A stretch of DNA of 64,000 nt from Eledone cirrhosa (GCA_964016885.1 OZ024747.1:28334001-28398000), one strand, 5' to 3'. Counted from the first letter of the stretch, positions 12,835 through 26,689 are shown. Program-made: numbers and translations. Notes: generated from the sequence alone by a model not told the origin.

Positions 12835-12870
12835 TCTTCTGATAAAGGACTAGCGCCCAAAATGTTAAGA
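12835..12870 (+). ncRNA. Degenerate hammerhead motif (same family as 60789)
   Basis: tctt-CUGAUAA-aggac/tagc/gccc-AAAA-tg-UU-aaga with core substitutions. The element 12795-12950 is repeated at 60755-60910. Confidence 0.45.
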
Positions 12871-12947
12871 CCCTCTTCCTGCTATATCAAGCATTAATCA
12901 AATTTCCATATACTGTACCAATTGTATTGTTATTTCTGTTTACTTTT

Positions 12948-12997
<50 letters not shown>

Positions 12998-13611
12998 GAA
13001 TCCCAAATACAAAAAATAACTGCAAACAACAGTCGATCACTATAAATATAGCCAAGAAAATTAGGTAAGCTATCCCTAGGGATATAGAGTTTATTTCTCC
13101 ATAGCAGCTGCTGGCCACCTTTTCTGTCTCTCTGAGTTTTTCACCTAATTTTCTAGGATGTAATTTATAGAAATTGACTGTTGCTACAGTAATTCTCAGT
13201 GTTTGGGATTCTCACATTTTCAAATTCTAAATCACTCAAGTGCCTCAATAATTCATAAGATATCTACTAATATAATAGCCTTGTGTATTTTTCCATCACA
13301 CACTAGAGATGACTGATTATGCTGACTGAGGAAGAAAGGGGTGATTACGTTGACTGAGGAAAGAAAGGATGTCTAATACACATACATCTATGTGATAACT
13401 GAGAAAGGGGGGGGGGGAGAAACTATAGAAGTCCAGTGTTCTTAAATTCGTTACAGCTGTGTGAGTGAGCCTGAAAGAACCAGCCAGCCAACAAACAAAC
13501 ATCTCTTTTTTATATTATGTATAGATATTACAATTGGCTGTCATTTTCTATAGCATATGGCCCTATAGTATATTAATATTTCATGGCAAAAGAAACAAGA
13601 ATTAGATGTCA

Positions 13612-13743
<132 letters not shown>

Positions 13744-14132
13744 TCATTGCAACAATCTACTATGATAAAACATAACATCTGACTATTAAGATATTAAGAC
13801 ACTTTATTTCACATTGCTCCAGTTTACTCAGCTGTAGAAATGAGATGATAGGCACCGGGGTCACTATCATTCCACTGCAAAGTGGTCGTGGGGTTGCCAC
13901 GGCAAAAAAACCTCCTAACCCACACTGTAAAGTGGACGTGTAGGCACCACGGAAAAAAAAAAAGCACCCAGCACTCACTGTAAATGAGGTTGATGTTAGG
14001 AGGGCATCCAGCTGTAGAAATCAAGCCAGAATCAGTCCCCGTCCCAACCTTGCAAGCAGGGAAAAGCGAACGTAAAATGAAACGATGATTGATACATATA
14101 TATACAAACAAACACATACATGCACATACATA

Positions 14133-14729
14133 TGAGGTCTGTTGAAAAACTATACATCTTTCTTTTTTCCTATAGGAAGTAATGATGTTAGAGAAAAAAA
14201 AGTGTGCTGAGTGGAACCACATATATTCATACATATGCATGGCTATAAGAAGGATAAACAGTTACAAAAGAGTACTATTGAGAAGTCCTCTAACATCTGT
14301 GTGATGCAGTTCAGTACAAGACACCATATCCGTGGGCCTCACAAAACTGGTAGCTGCATAATGGCAACTTCCTAGTTCATTCATTGCAGTTGATTCAAAG
14401 TTTCTTGAAAAAGAAAGGTATTTGCTCATTTGCATGGCTCCCTATTCTCTAAACATGGCTTCTGACTTCTGGTTGTTCTCAGAAATGAAGATGTCACTGA
14501 AAAGTTCCCACTTTAAGAGCCAAGAATGAGAAGACATCATGTGGACTGTAATGGCAGAGAGTCATTCTAGAAGAAGCCTTCCAGACATGCTTTAAACAGT
14601 GGGAGGATCACCAGAACAACTGTGTGGAGGCACAAGAAGCCTACTTTGGAGGGGATTAGCAATTGAATCCCACTATGTACATAATCTTTTCCCCCCACCT
14701 AAGGTTGGATACTTTTTTGACAGATGTCA
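14133..14729 (+). mobile_element. Internally deleted mariner element
   Basis: Imperfect TIRs TA-tgaggtctgttgaaaaactatac ... ggatactttttgacagatgtca-TA; internal PYSLNMA..DFWLF (YSPDLAP-like) remnant. Confidence 0.7.
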
Positions 14730-14904
14730 TATGCACATACAAACTGTTGACAAAAACAATTACACATTCATCCATAAACACTTACATACACAAACACACA
14801 TTCACACACACAAATGCACTTACACACACAGAAATATTGACACAGGATGGATTATTCATCAGTTTTGATGATGAGCATTCAGTTATTCAACCACATTAAA
14901 CCTA

Positions 14905-15138
<234 letters not shown>

Positions 15139-15289
15139 TTATTGTGTGTTGTGAACATTGGTGATGATGGTAATGAAAAGAAAGGGGAGGGTCTTTACTT
15201 GAATTTATAAAGTATTCTATAGCAACTGACTAATTGATGTTATTTTCTCTGCCAGAGCCTCCTATATCTTCTTATAAATAATGTTTTAC

Positions 15290-15445
15290 CTGATTTTTAA
15301 CTTCCGTGGCATAACCTTCATCTACCCAGTTAACTGTATCAGGTAAATCTTTGATATCAGTTTCAACAAAAGTCAGTTGTGGTTTATAGGTCGTGAGGTT
15401 CCTAGGAATAAAGGTGTTCATCATCTGGACAAATTCTCTGTTTTC
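15290..15445 (-). CDS. CTSL: Cathepsin L-like gene A, coding exon 3
   Basis: ENREFVQMMNTF...DLPDTVNWVDEGYATEVKNQ; AG/GT boundaries. Confidence 0.93.
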
Positions 15446-15464
15446 CTGAATATAAAGAAAAGAG

Positions 15465-16005
15465 AAAACAAGGAAGAGAGGGAAACATTGAAAACACAGG
15501 AAAATATAGAGAAGCCATAGGGAAAACATAGGGAAACAGGATAAAACATAGGGAAACATAGGATAAAACATAGGGAAAACATAGGGAAACATGAAAGCAT
15601 ATGGAAAACATAGAGAAACATGGGGAAAATATAGGGAAAACATAGGGAAACATAGGAAAAACATAGGGAAAACTGGGAAAAATAGGGAAAACAGGGAAAT
15701 ATAGGGAAAATATAGGGATACCATAGGAAAAACAGAGAAACATAGGAAATATAGGGAAAACAGAGAAACATAGAGGAAACAGGGAAAACAGGGAAAACAG
15801 GGAAAACAGGGAAAACAGGAAAAATATAGGGAAATATAGGGACAACATAGGGAAAACATAGGGAAACATAGGGACAACATAGGGAAAACAAAGAAAAATA
15901 GGGACAACATAGGGAAAACATAGGGAAACAGGGAAAAAGGGACAACAGAGAAAACAGAAAACAGAAAAATGCAAAAAGAAATAAATAACAAAGACAAAAC
16001 ACAGG
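15465..16005. repeat. Minisatellite, about 9-11 bp unit (gggaaaacata)
   Basis: Direct inspection. Confidence 0.9.
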
Positions 16006-16102
16006 CTGAAGAAAAATATAAAATAGCTAGTCTAAAATAGCTTGTTTAAGCCAATGTTTGATAGCTAGTTTCAGATCATTAGTCTAAAATAGTCTAAAAT
16101 AG

Positions 16103-16470
16103 ATAATTGTTTCTACTTTAGGCACAAGGCCAGCAATTACCCACTGCATTACTGGTACTTTATTTTATCGACCCCGTAAGGATGAAAGGCAAAGTCAACC
16201 TCGGCGGGATTTGAACTCAGATCATAAAGGGACGTAACTATGCTGGAAAGCATGGCGTCCGACCCTCTACCGATACTGCCAATATAATTGTTTCTACTTT
16301 TGGCACAAAGCCAGCAATAACCCAGTACATTACTGGTACTTTATTTTATCGACCCCGTATGGATGAAAGGCAAAGTTAACCTCGGGGGGATTTGAACTCA
16401 GATCATAAAGGGACGTAACTATGCTGGAAAGCATGTCCGAGCCTCTACCGATACTGCCAATTCACCACCC
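16103..16470 (-). mobile_element. Two tandem tRNA-head SINEs (Nin-domain-like core)
   Basis: Minus strand A box TGGCAGTATCGG, B box GAGTTCAAATCC, core GCCTTTCATCCTTACGGGGTCGATAAAATAAAGTACCAG. Copies at 16103-16282 and 16284-16470. Confidence 0.8.
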
Positions 16471-16494
16471 TTATGGTATTAAGCTAATTAGATT

Positions 16495-16815
16495 GATATA
16501 GCTTGTCTAAGCTAGTCTTAGTGAGCTAGTCTAAGTTAGTCTAAGATAGCCAGTCAAAATATCTGGTCTAAACTAGTCAAAGATAACTAATAGAGGTTAG
16601 TTTGAGATAGTTAGTGTAAAGTAGCTAGTCTGAAATAGCTAGTCTAAGATAGCTAGTCAAAGATAACTAATAGAGGTTAGTCTGAGATAGTTAGTGTAAG
16701 GTAGCTAGTCTGAAATGGTTAGTCTAAGATAACTAGTCAAAATAGCTGGTCTAAACTAGGCAAAGATAACTAATAGAAGCTAGTCTGAGATAGTGTAAAA
16801 TAGCAAGTCTAAGAT
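16495..16815. repeat. Degenerate minisatellite (agctagtctaagat-like)
   Basis: Direct inspection; the same motif occurs at 16020-16100, split by the SINE pair. Confidence 0.75.
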
Positions 16816-16840
16816 AATTAAACTGAAAGCATAATGTCAC

Positions 16841-16946
16841 CATATCAGCATATTCGTTAATTCCCAGCCAGAAAGTATGAAAACCCATGTCAGCTTCTAG
16901 GTTGTGTTTGTTCACATATTGAAGGTTCTTCTCCCAGATGTCACGT
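16841..16946 (-). CDS. CTSL: Cathepsin L-like gene A, coding exon 2 (I29 propeptide)
   Basis: (R)RDIWEKNLQYVNKHNLEADMGFHTFWLGINEYADM; AG/GT boundaries. Confidence 0.93.
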
Positions 16947-17949
16947 CTGAAAATAAGAAACATTAAAATACAAAACAGACAAAAATAAGATTAGTTTCAA
17001 AATAAGAAGCCATAAAATTGTGAAGAAAACACACACGCTTATGAAGACAACTAAATATATATTTTGGTAAGTCTTGTAATGAACAGAAGTGATAAATTCA
17101 AGTTATAAACAATGTTTTATTATGTTTTCATTTAAGTGATAAATAGTGTTTTATTATTTATTCTAACAATGACACCTTACTAATATATATGTATATATAT
17201 ATCCTCATCATCATCATCATCATCACCATCACCATCACCACCACCACCACCACTACCACCATTACCATCGTCATCATCATCATTGCTATTTAACATCTGT
17301 TTTTCATGGTTGTATAGGTTAGACAGATTGTCCTATGCTGAAGGTAGACGGGTCAGGTGACAATGTCTTGCTCATATGTTTTGGGCTTTGGTTTCTATGG
17401 CTGGATGCCCTTCTTAATGTCAACCACTTTACAGCATGCACCGAGAGCACTTTATCATGACTCCAGCATGACCACCTTACAGGGTAGGATGAGTGTATTT
17501 TGTCATGGCACCAATATTACCACTTTTCAATACTAGAGTGCTTGTGTCATCTTCAGGCAGATTGAGGAGGTATTGATGTGAGTGGAGGGGGAGCTACATG
17601 CTGTTTGCTAAGGGAGGGATATGAGAAGGGGGGGGGGGCTAGAAAAGAGTGAAGTGGTACATTGGTCCAGAATGTGTCTATCTCTTCATGCTTGCATGGT
17701 TGGACAAGGAAGGAAGTGGAGGAATTTGCTGAGGGAGGGGTGATAAAGAGAGGTGGCATTAAAGAGAGAGATTAGCATATGGTTGTACACTTTTTGGGGG
17801 GGAGTGTGTGCATCTTTCCCTTCTAGTATGGTTGGACGAGGGAGGGGCATCATAGATGTGAGTGTAGGGTATAGTTGTTGGGTCACAAGGGCCATTTTAA
17901 ATAGAGGGAGCAATGTCTTGCAGTACCCTGTGAATGTGCATCTGTCTTT

Positions 17950-18410
17950 CCAGGTGTCTGGATCCTTCTTCATTTCTTATACCAAACCCAAAGTCTCCAT
18001 GAACACCATAGAAGCCATTACCGCATTGCCCAACACACCGATTAAAATCACCAGCTGTAATTATGAAGTCACCATCACTTGTTAGAGAAGTAGTTTGCAT
18101 TATGGATTCATTAAAGTCATCTTTCAGTTTATCTGCTAGCCTAAATTGTAATGCATAATTGTAGAGGTAATTGTCATTGTTGTTTTATTTAGGGCTGGCC
18201 TAAGCATAATAGTTCTATTGTTTTCCCTAACTACCTCAATTACATTGTCTCTCTATTTTTCTGCTAACAGAATACCTACTCCACCCAAACCCTGATTGTT
18301 GCCGAACCTAGAAAACTTGAAGCACTGTGTTTTGCCTGTGGGTGTCTTGTTTAATTTTCTCCATATCTGGTTTCATGTATGCAACATACAACTGCTGTAC
18401 ATTATTGAAC
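17950..18410 (-). pseudogene. Degenerate RTE endonuclease fragment
   Basis: FIITAGDFNRCVGQ...GVHGDFGFGIRNEEGSRHLE. Confidence 0.75.
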
Positions 18411-18414
18411 TTAC

Positions 18415-18598
18415 TGGCAAAGGATGGTGGACTGGCAGTAGAGCATCAGACACCATGCTTTGCAGCATAGAGTTATGGCCCTTTACGTTCTGTGTTCAAA
18501 TCCCACTGATGTTAGCTTTGCCTTTCATCCTTACAGGGTCAATAAAATAAAGCACCAGTAATACACTGGGGTAATTGTTGGCCTTTTAGAAACAATTA
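18415..18598 (+). mobile_element. tRNA-head SINE, same family as 16103
   Basis: gttcaaatccc B box and gcctttcatcc...gggtcaataaaataaagcaccag core. Confidence 0.7.
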
Positions 18599-19354
18599 TT
18601 GAACTTACTGTGCAACAAATATCAAATATATAAACCCCAAAGTTCACAAATTCCCTCAGATTCTAAGTTATCACCCCATCAAAAGAATCAGCATCATTAT
18701 TCTTTATTGAAAGAAAGCAATGAGTCTGCATGCATGATTATTTTGATATCAGAATCACTGATTGAGATATTCTGGGTGAAAAGTGATTTTTTGGGAGTAA
18801 AAATTTAGTTCTCAAAGTGTATAATTCGAGAATATGAAAAGAATGTTAGTTGCCAATGGGCAATTAACATAACAAAGAAATACACAGTGATAAATATGTG
18901 TATATATGGAGTTGGTGGTAGGAAGGGCATCAGCAACTGTGAAAACCCAGCCAAAACATGGCCCTGCTATGAGCAAGATACAGTGCAGCCAACTGGCCAG
19001 ACCTCTCTCATAAAGAGATCACCTAGTTCCAAAAACATGGTCCTGCTATGAGCTAGGTATGACACAGCCAACAGGCCGGACTTGCCTCATAACATGCATG
19101 ACCCATGTAACTCATGCAAGCATAGAAAAACAGACGTTAAAAGGTGATGATGATGATGATATAGATATATGTATATACATATCATTTGTATGTAGTACTG
19201 TAAGATATTTGGTTATTATTATTTTAGGAAAATTTGTACTATCACACTCAATTTATAGGTGTAAGCATATGTGGATATGTATGTGTTTTGCATGAACGAG
19301 TGTATGTGTATGTGTGTGCATGTATGTATTGTTATGTGTGTATAAAATGTTTAC

Positions 19355-19497
19355 CTGGTTATTTCATTTTCTATTGCATGGTACTTTTTCTTGAATACTT
19401 TCTTGTATGTTTGCCAGCTCTTATTTAGAATGTTTTCCAAGGGACAAACAGAGCTGATGCATACAACAGCCAACAAAATTGCTAGCAGTGACTTCAT
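19355..19497 (-). CDS. CTSL: Cathepsin L-like gene A, coding exon 1 (signal peptide)
   Basis: MKSLLAILLAVVCISSVCPLENILNKSWQTYKKVFKKKYHAIENEIT(R); same 143-nt length and phase as gene B exon 1. Confidence 0.9.
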
Positions 19498-21764
19498 CTT
19501 CAATTACTAAAACTTTAACAAAAAATACAAGATAAAATATAAATGTACAAATAATATGATAGTGAATTGGAAGAATCATTAGGGCGTCAAATTATAAATG
19601 CCTCAATATCTTTCTGCCGTAAGTCCAGATGAGGTCAACTTTCAAGGTCAATGAATAAAGTACTAGTCCAATATTTAGGGGCAGATTTTCTCTCTTTCTT
19701 ACCTTTACTAGAAGAAATCAGGTGCATACAAACTTGAAGAGGGATGAGTTCTGCCAGGTTTAAAATGTCACGACACGCCATGTGTCAGAATGGTGTTCCT
19801 ACAATTCCACCAGGACTTAAGTGCCCTTCACCTTTACCTCTTTTTACAAACATTTATATTTAGTTACTGGACTTTTTGAACTACTCTTGCACTGCACTAA
19901 TCTTCCATGACCTTCCACCCTCTTCTTTGTTGCTTTTTTTTTTTTGCTTTTCATCTTGTTTCCCTTTCCTGATGTCTGATACATTGAAACACTGTAACTA
20001 ATAAGACTATGTTATTGCATCTTTGTGTTTGTCTTGTTATTCTAGAACTATACCCTCTTGTGTACCCAAGACTTGCATATCAAACAGAGCTATTTCCCTG
20101 ATGGGATCAGGGTTCTATTTTCTTTCCTACTTACTAACTAACACCTTAGCCTTTGCTAAGGCTACTTTCAGCCATTTTGATTTTAAATTGTTTCCACACT
20201 TGGAACTTATTCTCTAGTTCTTCTTTGCTGTAACACTAGTTTAAGCAGACTGAACAAGCCACATTGCAAGTAACTAATAATAACTAAGAAAAGGAGAGGA
20301 AATAAAAAGGTGTTCAACTCTTCATTGAGTTGAAGGGACATGCTGACTCATGGAAGAGAGAGAGAGAGAGAGAGAGTGTGTGTGTGTGTGTGTGATAAAA
20401 AGAGATAGAAAAGAAGAACCAACCTCGGTATTGAATTGGTACTTGATTTATCGACCTTAAAAGCATGAAAGGTAAAGTTGACTTTGATGGGATTTGCACT
20501 TGTAGTGCAGTGAGTCGGATCTGGGCACCACTTAGGGATCAAACCGATAAACAGATAGCTGATCAGATAAATAGTTTAGTAGATGATAAGAATTCCACTA
20601 CTACCTCTATTACTACTACTACTACTACTACTACTACTAGGTAGAGGATGACAAAATCAGGTGATTTGGTCTCATGACCCCTCCTCCAGGAATAGTAGTA
20701 GTAGTAGTAGTAGTAGTGATGACAGTGGTGGTGGTGGTGCATGTGGTAGGGATGGTGGTGGTGGTGGGGGTAATAGCCTAGATCACATAATATGATGCTG
20801 ATCATATGATAAAGGAGACAATAGAAATGTAGAGACAATGAAAGAGAGGAGAAGAGAAAGAGTGGGAGTTATTGGACTGAAAGAAAGGGAGTTGGTGAGG
20901 AGGAAAGTTGAATGATAGAGAGGGCAGAAATGAGAGAAGCAAAGAAGAAAGGGTTATAATTAAAGTAGAGAGTAAGAATGGAATTCACCTCCATCGGTTT
21001 TGACAATAAATGTTCCAGTTGTCCAATCAACAGAACAGCCTGATCATGAAATTAATGTGTAAGTGGCTGAGCATTCTACAGATAAATAAGTATATGTATG
21101 TGTGTGTTGAACCTCTGTCAGATGCGATGATGAATGTTCCAGTTGTTATCAATAGAACAGACTGATCATGAAACTAATATGTGAGTGGCTGAGTATTCCA
21201 CAGACATGTGCCCTTAACATAATTCCCAGGGTAAGTGGTTATGTATTCCACATCTATGTGTACCTTTAACATAATCCTCTGAGAGAATTTGGCATGATGC
21301 AGTATGTGACAAGGTTGGTCCTTTACATTATTGGTACAGTCCATCTGATGAGCTTCTGTACAGTTTGTGTTTACATAATTTCTTTGTTTTCTTTCTACCT
21401 CCGACTCACTTTTGAATGAAAGAATCATCATCATCATCATCAGCAGCAGCAGCAACAGCATTAAATATCCATTGGCTTTGCTAGCAAGGTTTGGACATAC
21501 ATATGTAAAAATTAAAATGAAAGAAAGAATGATACCACCTCTGATTTTATATCTACAAAAAAAAATTAGAATGTGATGTATTCCTATTTCTTATGTTTAT
21601 TGACTCTTCATTTTCTACTTGACTGATGATGACATTAGTGTTGAAGGTCAGTAAATGAAGTACCAATCCAGTACTGGGGATAATTCTCTCTCTGGAAGAC
21701 GGCTGTTGTGTTCCAACTCAGAGAGGGATGGGCTCCACCATGTTTCAAATGCCCAAAACATGCT

Positions 21765-21965
21765 GCGTGTTATAACAACACACCTACAACTCTATTGTGT
21801 TATAACACACACCTACAACTCTATTGTGTTATAACAACACACCTACGACTTTATTGTTATGATAACACACTTAAGACTCTATTGTGTTATTTTGGCACCC
21901 CTACAACTCCATTTATTATGACAGCAACCCTATGATTCTATTGTGTTATGAAGGCACCTCTATGA
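21765..21965. repeat. Minisatellite, about 27-29 bp unit (tgtgttataacaacacacctacaactctat)
   Basis: Direct inspection, about 7 units. Confidence 0.85.
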
Positions 21966-22278
21966 CTCCATCTGGAGTTAAGGACCCTTTACCTTATAAT
22001 AGGAAGGTTGTATAGTAATTATAAGAGATAATATAAGTCTGGGAAAATCAGATCATATAGCTATGCAGAAGAAAGCAGACCTTAAATGATTATGATGATG
22101 ACAGAACTGAAACACATTTTAAATTGAATATAGTGTATAAATAGCAGGTCAAAGTGGTGTTGAATGTGCAGATAAATGATAAATTACAGGCTGTGTTAAT
22201 GTGTTAATAAAGACTATGAATGTAGAAGGATTAAGTTACTTGGAAGCAAAGAAATGAATAAGCAAACATTTTATTGTA

Positions 22279-23335
22279 CGATGGTGGGTTGAAAAGTTTA
22301 TGAATTGACTATGATGGAATAAGGCTAGAGCTGTGAAATCATGCATGCATTAATTTCAACTCTTCATTAATAATTGCATTGTTTTTCTCCTGGTAATCTG
22401 ACAGCTGACTGTTCAAAGAAAACTTCAAAAGTAACTAGTTGTGACTCCTCTTGAAAATTGACAAAATTTGGCATCACAGTGCTCTGAAGTACCTGCAGAA
22501 AAAGGGTTTATTCCCCCAAGGACATTCATGCTGACATGGTTGTTACATTAGAAGATACTACCCCAGATTTATCAACAGTGTAAAAGTGGGCAGTTGAATT
22601 TAGGAGGGGAAGGGAGAATCTTGAAAATGACCCAAGTCCTGGAGATCTTGCAACTGCTACCACCAAGGAAAACATTGATCGTGTTCATCACATGGTGATG
22701 GATGACAGGTGATTGCCTATAAATCAAATAGCCAATGCTATAAGCATATCCCATGAGAGAGTTGAGAATATTCTGCACAATGAACTTGGCATGACAAAGG
22801 TTTCTGCTCACTGGGTGCCATGTCTTCTGATACCTGATCAAAAGTGAACTAGGCTGATCACATCACAGGAAAATCTGACATTGTTTGAGGCAGATCCAGT
22901 TGGTTTCCTTAAACGTTTCCTAATCCAGGATGAGTGTTGGGCTCATCGTTTTGAGCCAGAGACAAAGAGACAATCCATGGTGTGGAAATACTCCTCTTGA
23001 CCTACTCCAAAGAAGGCCAAGCTCGTTTCATCTGCAGGGAAGGCGATGGTTTCAGTTTTTGGGAATGCAAAAGGTATTGTGTTAATTGACTAACTTCAAA
23101 AGGGCCACACCATTAGTGGAGAGTACTATGCCAACTTGTTGAGGCAATTACGAAAAGCCACCAAGATCAAACACCCAGGAAAACTGACGAAAGTGATCTT
23201 GTTTCATTAGGACAATACTCCAGCACACAAACCTTTACTTTCAATGGATGCTGTGCATGACTGTGGCTTTGAACTGGTCGATCACACTCCCTATTCTCCT
23301 GATTTGGCCTATCTGACTATCATCTGTTCCCCAAA
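22279..23335 (+). mobile_element. Decayed mariner transposon (transposase pseudogene, 3'-truncated)
   Basis: TA-cgatggtgggttgaaaag 5' TIR, WVP motif near 22812, DECWAH, HTPYSPDLA near 23282-23310; multiple stops. Confidence 0.85.
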
Positions 23336-24070
23336 TGTGTTAAATGTCGTAAGCCAGCAGAGATGTGCCTGTCATTGCATATTTTTTTTAAAGATGGCCA
23401 TATATAGAACTGAGAAGTATTTTGATTTCTTAAAACTTTCAAAAATGTTCTGAGGCAGAACTGTCTACTACTACTACTACTACTACATTTTAGAGTATTT
23501 TCTGCTAAATCATTACAGGATCATCATTATCATTGTTTTTACGTCCGTGTGTCCACGCTTGCATGGGTTGGATGGGTCCTTTTCAGCCCAGCATCTCTCC
23601 ATTTATCGTGTTACTTTGTCATCTCCTCTGTGTGTCTCAGCAATTTAAGATCAACACTCATCACCTCTGCCCAGGTCTTCCTTGGTTTACCTCAACTGCA
23701 GCTTCCCTCCACTGGGATTTACTGGCACCTCTTCACATAGATATTAAGAGTTAACAATACAGCAAATTTACGCACTGACTTATCTACCAGTAAAGACACT
23801 ATAAACATTTGAATAGTCAAACCTGTTTTCAAATATTTTTGACTAATTTGAAAATGTAGTTGCCACAATACAGATAACTATAATAATAGATGATAACTAT
23901 AGATCACAAAATGAGTAAAGTATCCCTGGAGATAGTCCATTTGTTTCCTGGAGTAATTTACTCAATTATCTATAGTTATCAACTATTATAGTAGTTATCT
24001 GCATTTTGGCAACTATATCTTGAAATTTCAAACAACAACAACAGTAGACTTGATTGATTTTTAAATTTAA

Positions 24071-24106
24071 TTTATTGCTATATCATCATGTATAAATTAA
24101 TTTATT
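24071..24106 (-). promoter_or_regulatory. Duplicated putative polyadenylation signals of gene B
   Basis: AATAAA (minus) at 24101-24106 and 24071-24076 within a 30-bp tandem duplication right after the stop codon. Confidence 0.5.
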
Positions 24107-24116
24107 GCTATATCAT

Positions 24117-24216
24117 CTAAATGAGTGGGTAACTTGCCTGGGTAGCAATACCACACATGTTATTCTGGTTTCGGGTCATTTTGATGTATCCATTCATGCC
24201 CCAGGATGGTCCCCAG
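24117..24216 (-). CDS. CTSL: Cathepsin L-like gene B, coding exon 7 (last)
   Basis: (S)[32 protein letters not shown]; acceptor ttttttgtag. Confidence 0.92.
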
Positions 24217-24712
24217 CTACAAAAAAATAAGAAGATATAGAGAGTCAGTACTGATACATACACACACACACATACACATATATATGAAATATATTAAACT
24301 TAAGCCAACATCTCAATTTAGGGGTAACTATAAGTAAAACAGACTTATTTTAATCGGTCTAGTTTATATCCCCCCCAAATTGAGATGTCTACACATTAGA
24401 GACATTTAACTTTATAAATTTGTATATATATATATTAATTTGAGTATGTGTTGGTTAATCACTGACACTTCAGTATGCAGGGTAGAGCACACAACCAAGT
24501 GCGCAGGTGGGTTTGTTTACTCCGGAGTATATATATAAACATGAAGTACAAGTCAACAGGTTAAAATTAATTTTGTTCATTCATAGTTGCTGTCTATGAA
24601 TAAACAAAGTTAATTTTAACCTGTTGACTTATACTTCATATATATATATATAAAACATTAAAAAAATAATGAATAAAACAATGAAACAGTTCCTTATATT
24701 AAACAAAAAAAG

Positions 24713-24855
24713 TTCATTATTTAACGATCGTTTCTAGGACATATATGTGTTAGAATTGGCATGCATATTCAAAAGATCTATGTACAAAATTATACAAACT
24801 ATCAAAGAGAATATACATACCAACACATATATATGCTGTCTTCAGAAATAATGAA
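24713..24855 (-). ncRNA. Type I hammerhead ribozyme motif with 10-bp stem I and about 100-nt stem II domain
   Basis: Minus strand: ttcattattt-CUGAAGA-cagcatatatatgtgttgg...ctaacacatatatgtccta-GAAA-cgatcg-UU-aaataatgaa. Confidence 0.8.
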
Positions 24856-25210
24856 GTATATTTATTGATAATAACAACAATTCAAAATTACAGGTCTGTT
24901 TGGGAACAGATTTTAAATAGACCAATGAAATACATAAAAATTCATCAAGAAAATACAGTTAGGTGTGTGTATATATGTAAGTAACTTCGTTCACAGATAT
25001 GCATAAAAATGTATGTTCACATGCATACGCATGTCGAAAAAGTGTATGTAAATATAAAAATTCAGGGCTAATGTCTCTGTATGTTTATAATCCACAGACA
25101 AAATATACATACATATACATACATATATACACACATATATACACACATATACATATATTCATACACATACATGCATATATACATAAACACACACATACCC
25201 ACGAACACCC

Positions 25211-25243
<33 letters not shown>

Positions 25244-25449
25244 TACGTATATATTATTATTATAACTATATGGATATTGAGGCGCACACATAAACACGGC
25301 CACATACACTTACATCTAGATGCAGAATTAAAAGAAGGTAAGGGAGTAAGTAATTAAGGAGGGTGTCAGACTCAGCAGATTGTGTTCCCAAGAACTATTT
25401 GAAATAATGAAATCTAAGGATATCCTATTAAATAAGCGACAGGAATTAA

Positions 25450-26420
25450 TTATATCGTGTAATCATAAACTGAGAAAAACATTTAAATATTATAAACCTA
25501 ATTAATAATATATATTTTAGAAATTAATATATAAATTAATTTAAATGTAGTTAACCTATAATTTTAATTTAATTAAAATTCTACTACAGATGAAATTAAA
25601 AAATATTGTGTAATCATAAACTGTGAAAAACTTTTAAATATTATTAACATAATTAATATATACTTTGGAAATTAATTTATAGATTAATTTTAGTTTATTT
25701 AACCTTTTATTAAAATTCCTTTACAGATTAAATATAACAAAATATCGTGTAATCAATAAATACTTTTTAATATTATAAACCTAATTAATGTACAATTTAG
25801 AAATTAATTTATAAATTAATTTTAATTTAGTTAACCTATAATTTTAATTTAGTTAGCTTAAAATTAAAATTCTAATACAGATGGATTGCAGAATATCATG
25901 TAATCATAAACTGAGAAAAACTTTTAAATATATACCTAATTAATATATTCTTTACAAATAAATATATAGATTAATTTTAATTTTAGTTAACCTATAATTA
26001 TATTCTACTATAGACAAAATACACAATTTGCTTTAATTATTATAAACCTAATTAACATATACTATAGAAATTAATATATAATTTTTAATTTAGTTAACCT
26101 ATAATTAATATTCTACTACCGATGAAATACTTGATTTGGCTTTCCCTATTACAAAATTCATTTCCTAAAATTGATACCATCATGTTAATATTTTTAATTT
26201 AGTTATGCTATAATTAACACTCTACTACTGTTTAACTTCAAAATTCCGCTTTAAATATTATAAACCTAAGTAGTATACACCTTAGATATTAATATATTAA
26301 CTATTTTTACTTTAATTAACCTATAATTAATAGTCTACTTATATTAAAATGCATAATTTAGCCTTCTTTCTTACAAATACCATTTCCTAATGTAAACACA
26401 TATTATGATTTAAATGCAGA
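25450..26420. repeat. AT-rich tandem repeat, about 110-155 bp degenerate unit
   Basis: Recurrent atcgtgtaatcataaactgagaaaaac / tataaacctaattaat / tagttaacctataatt / ttctactacagatg. Confidence 0.75.
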
Positions 26421-26626
26421 TTAATATTCTATGTTCCTTGAAACCTATATTTACTATTTCCCACTAATAATTTTAATCCCCCTTCCCCCCTATAATTATT
26501 CGTATTTGTAAGCGTGGATGTATGTATGTGTACGTACGTATGTATGTATGTTTGTGTGTTTGTATGTGAGTATAAAAATACATATGTGCGCATGTAAATA
26601 AGTGTGTATGAGTGTATATATATATG

Positions 26627-26689
<63 letters not shown>

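Noticed and set aside
15272-16002. Hydrophobic F/P/C-rich ORFs resembling membrane proteins
   Set aside because: Minisatellite translation; only 15290-15445 is a real exon.
16103-16470. A/B boxes suggesting tRNA genes
   Set aside because: Multi-copy SINE heads without a complete cloverleaf.
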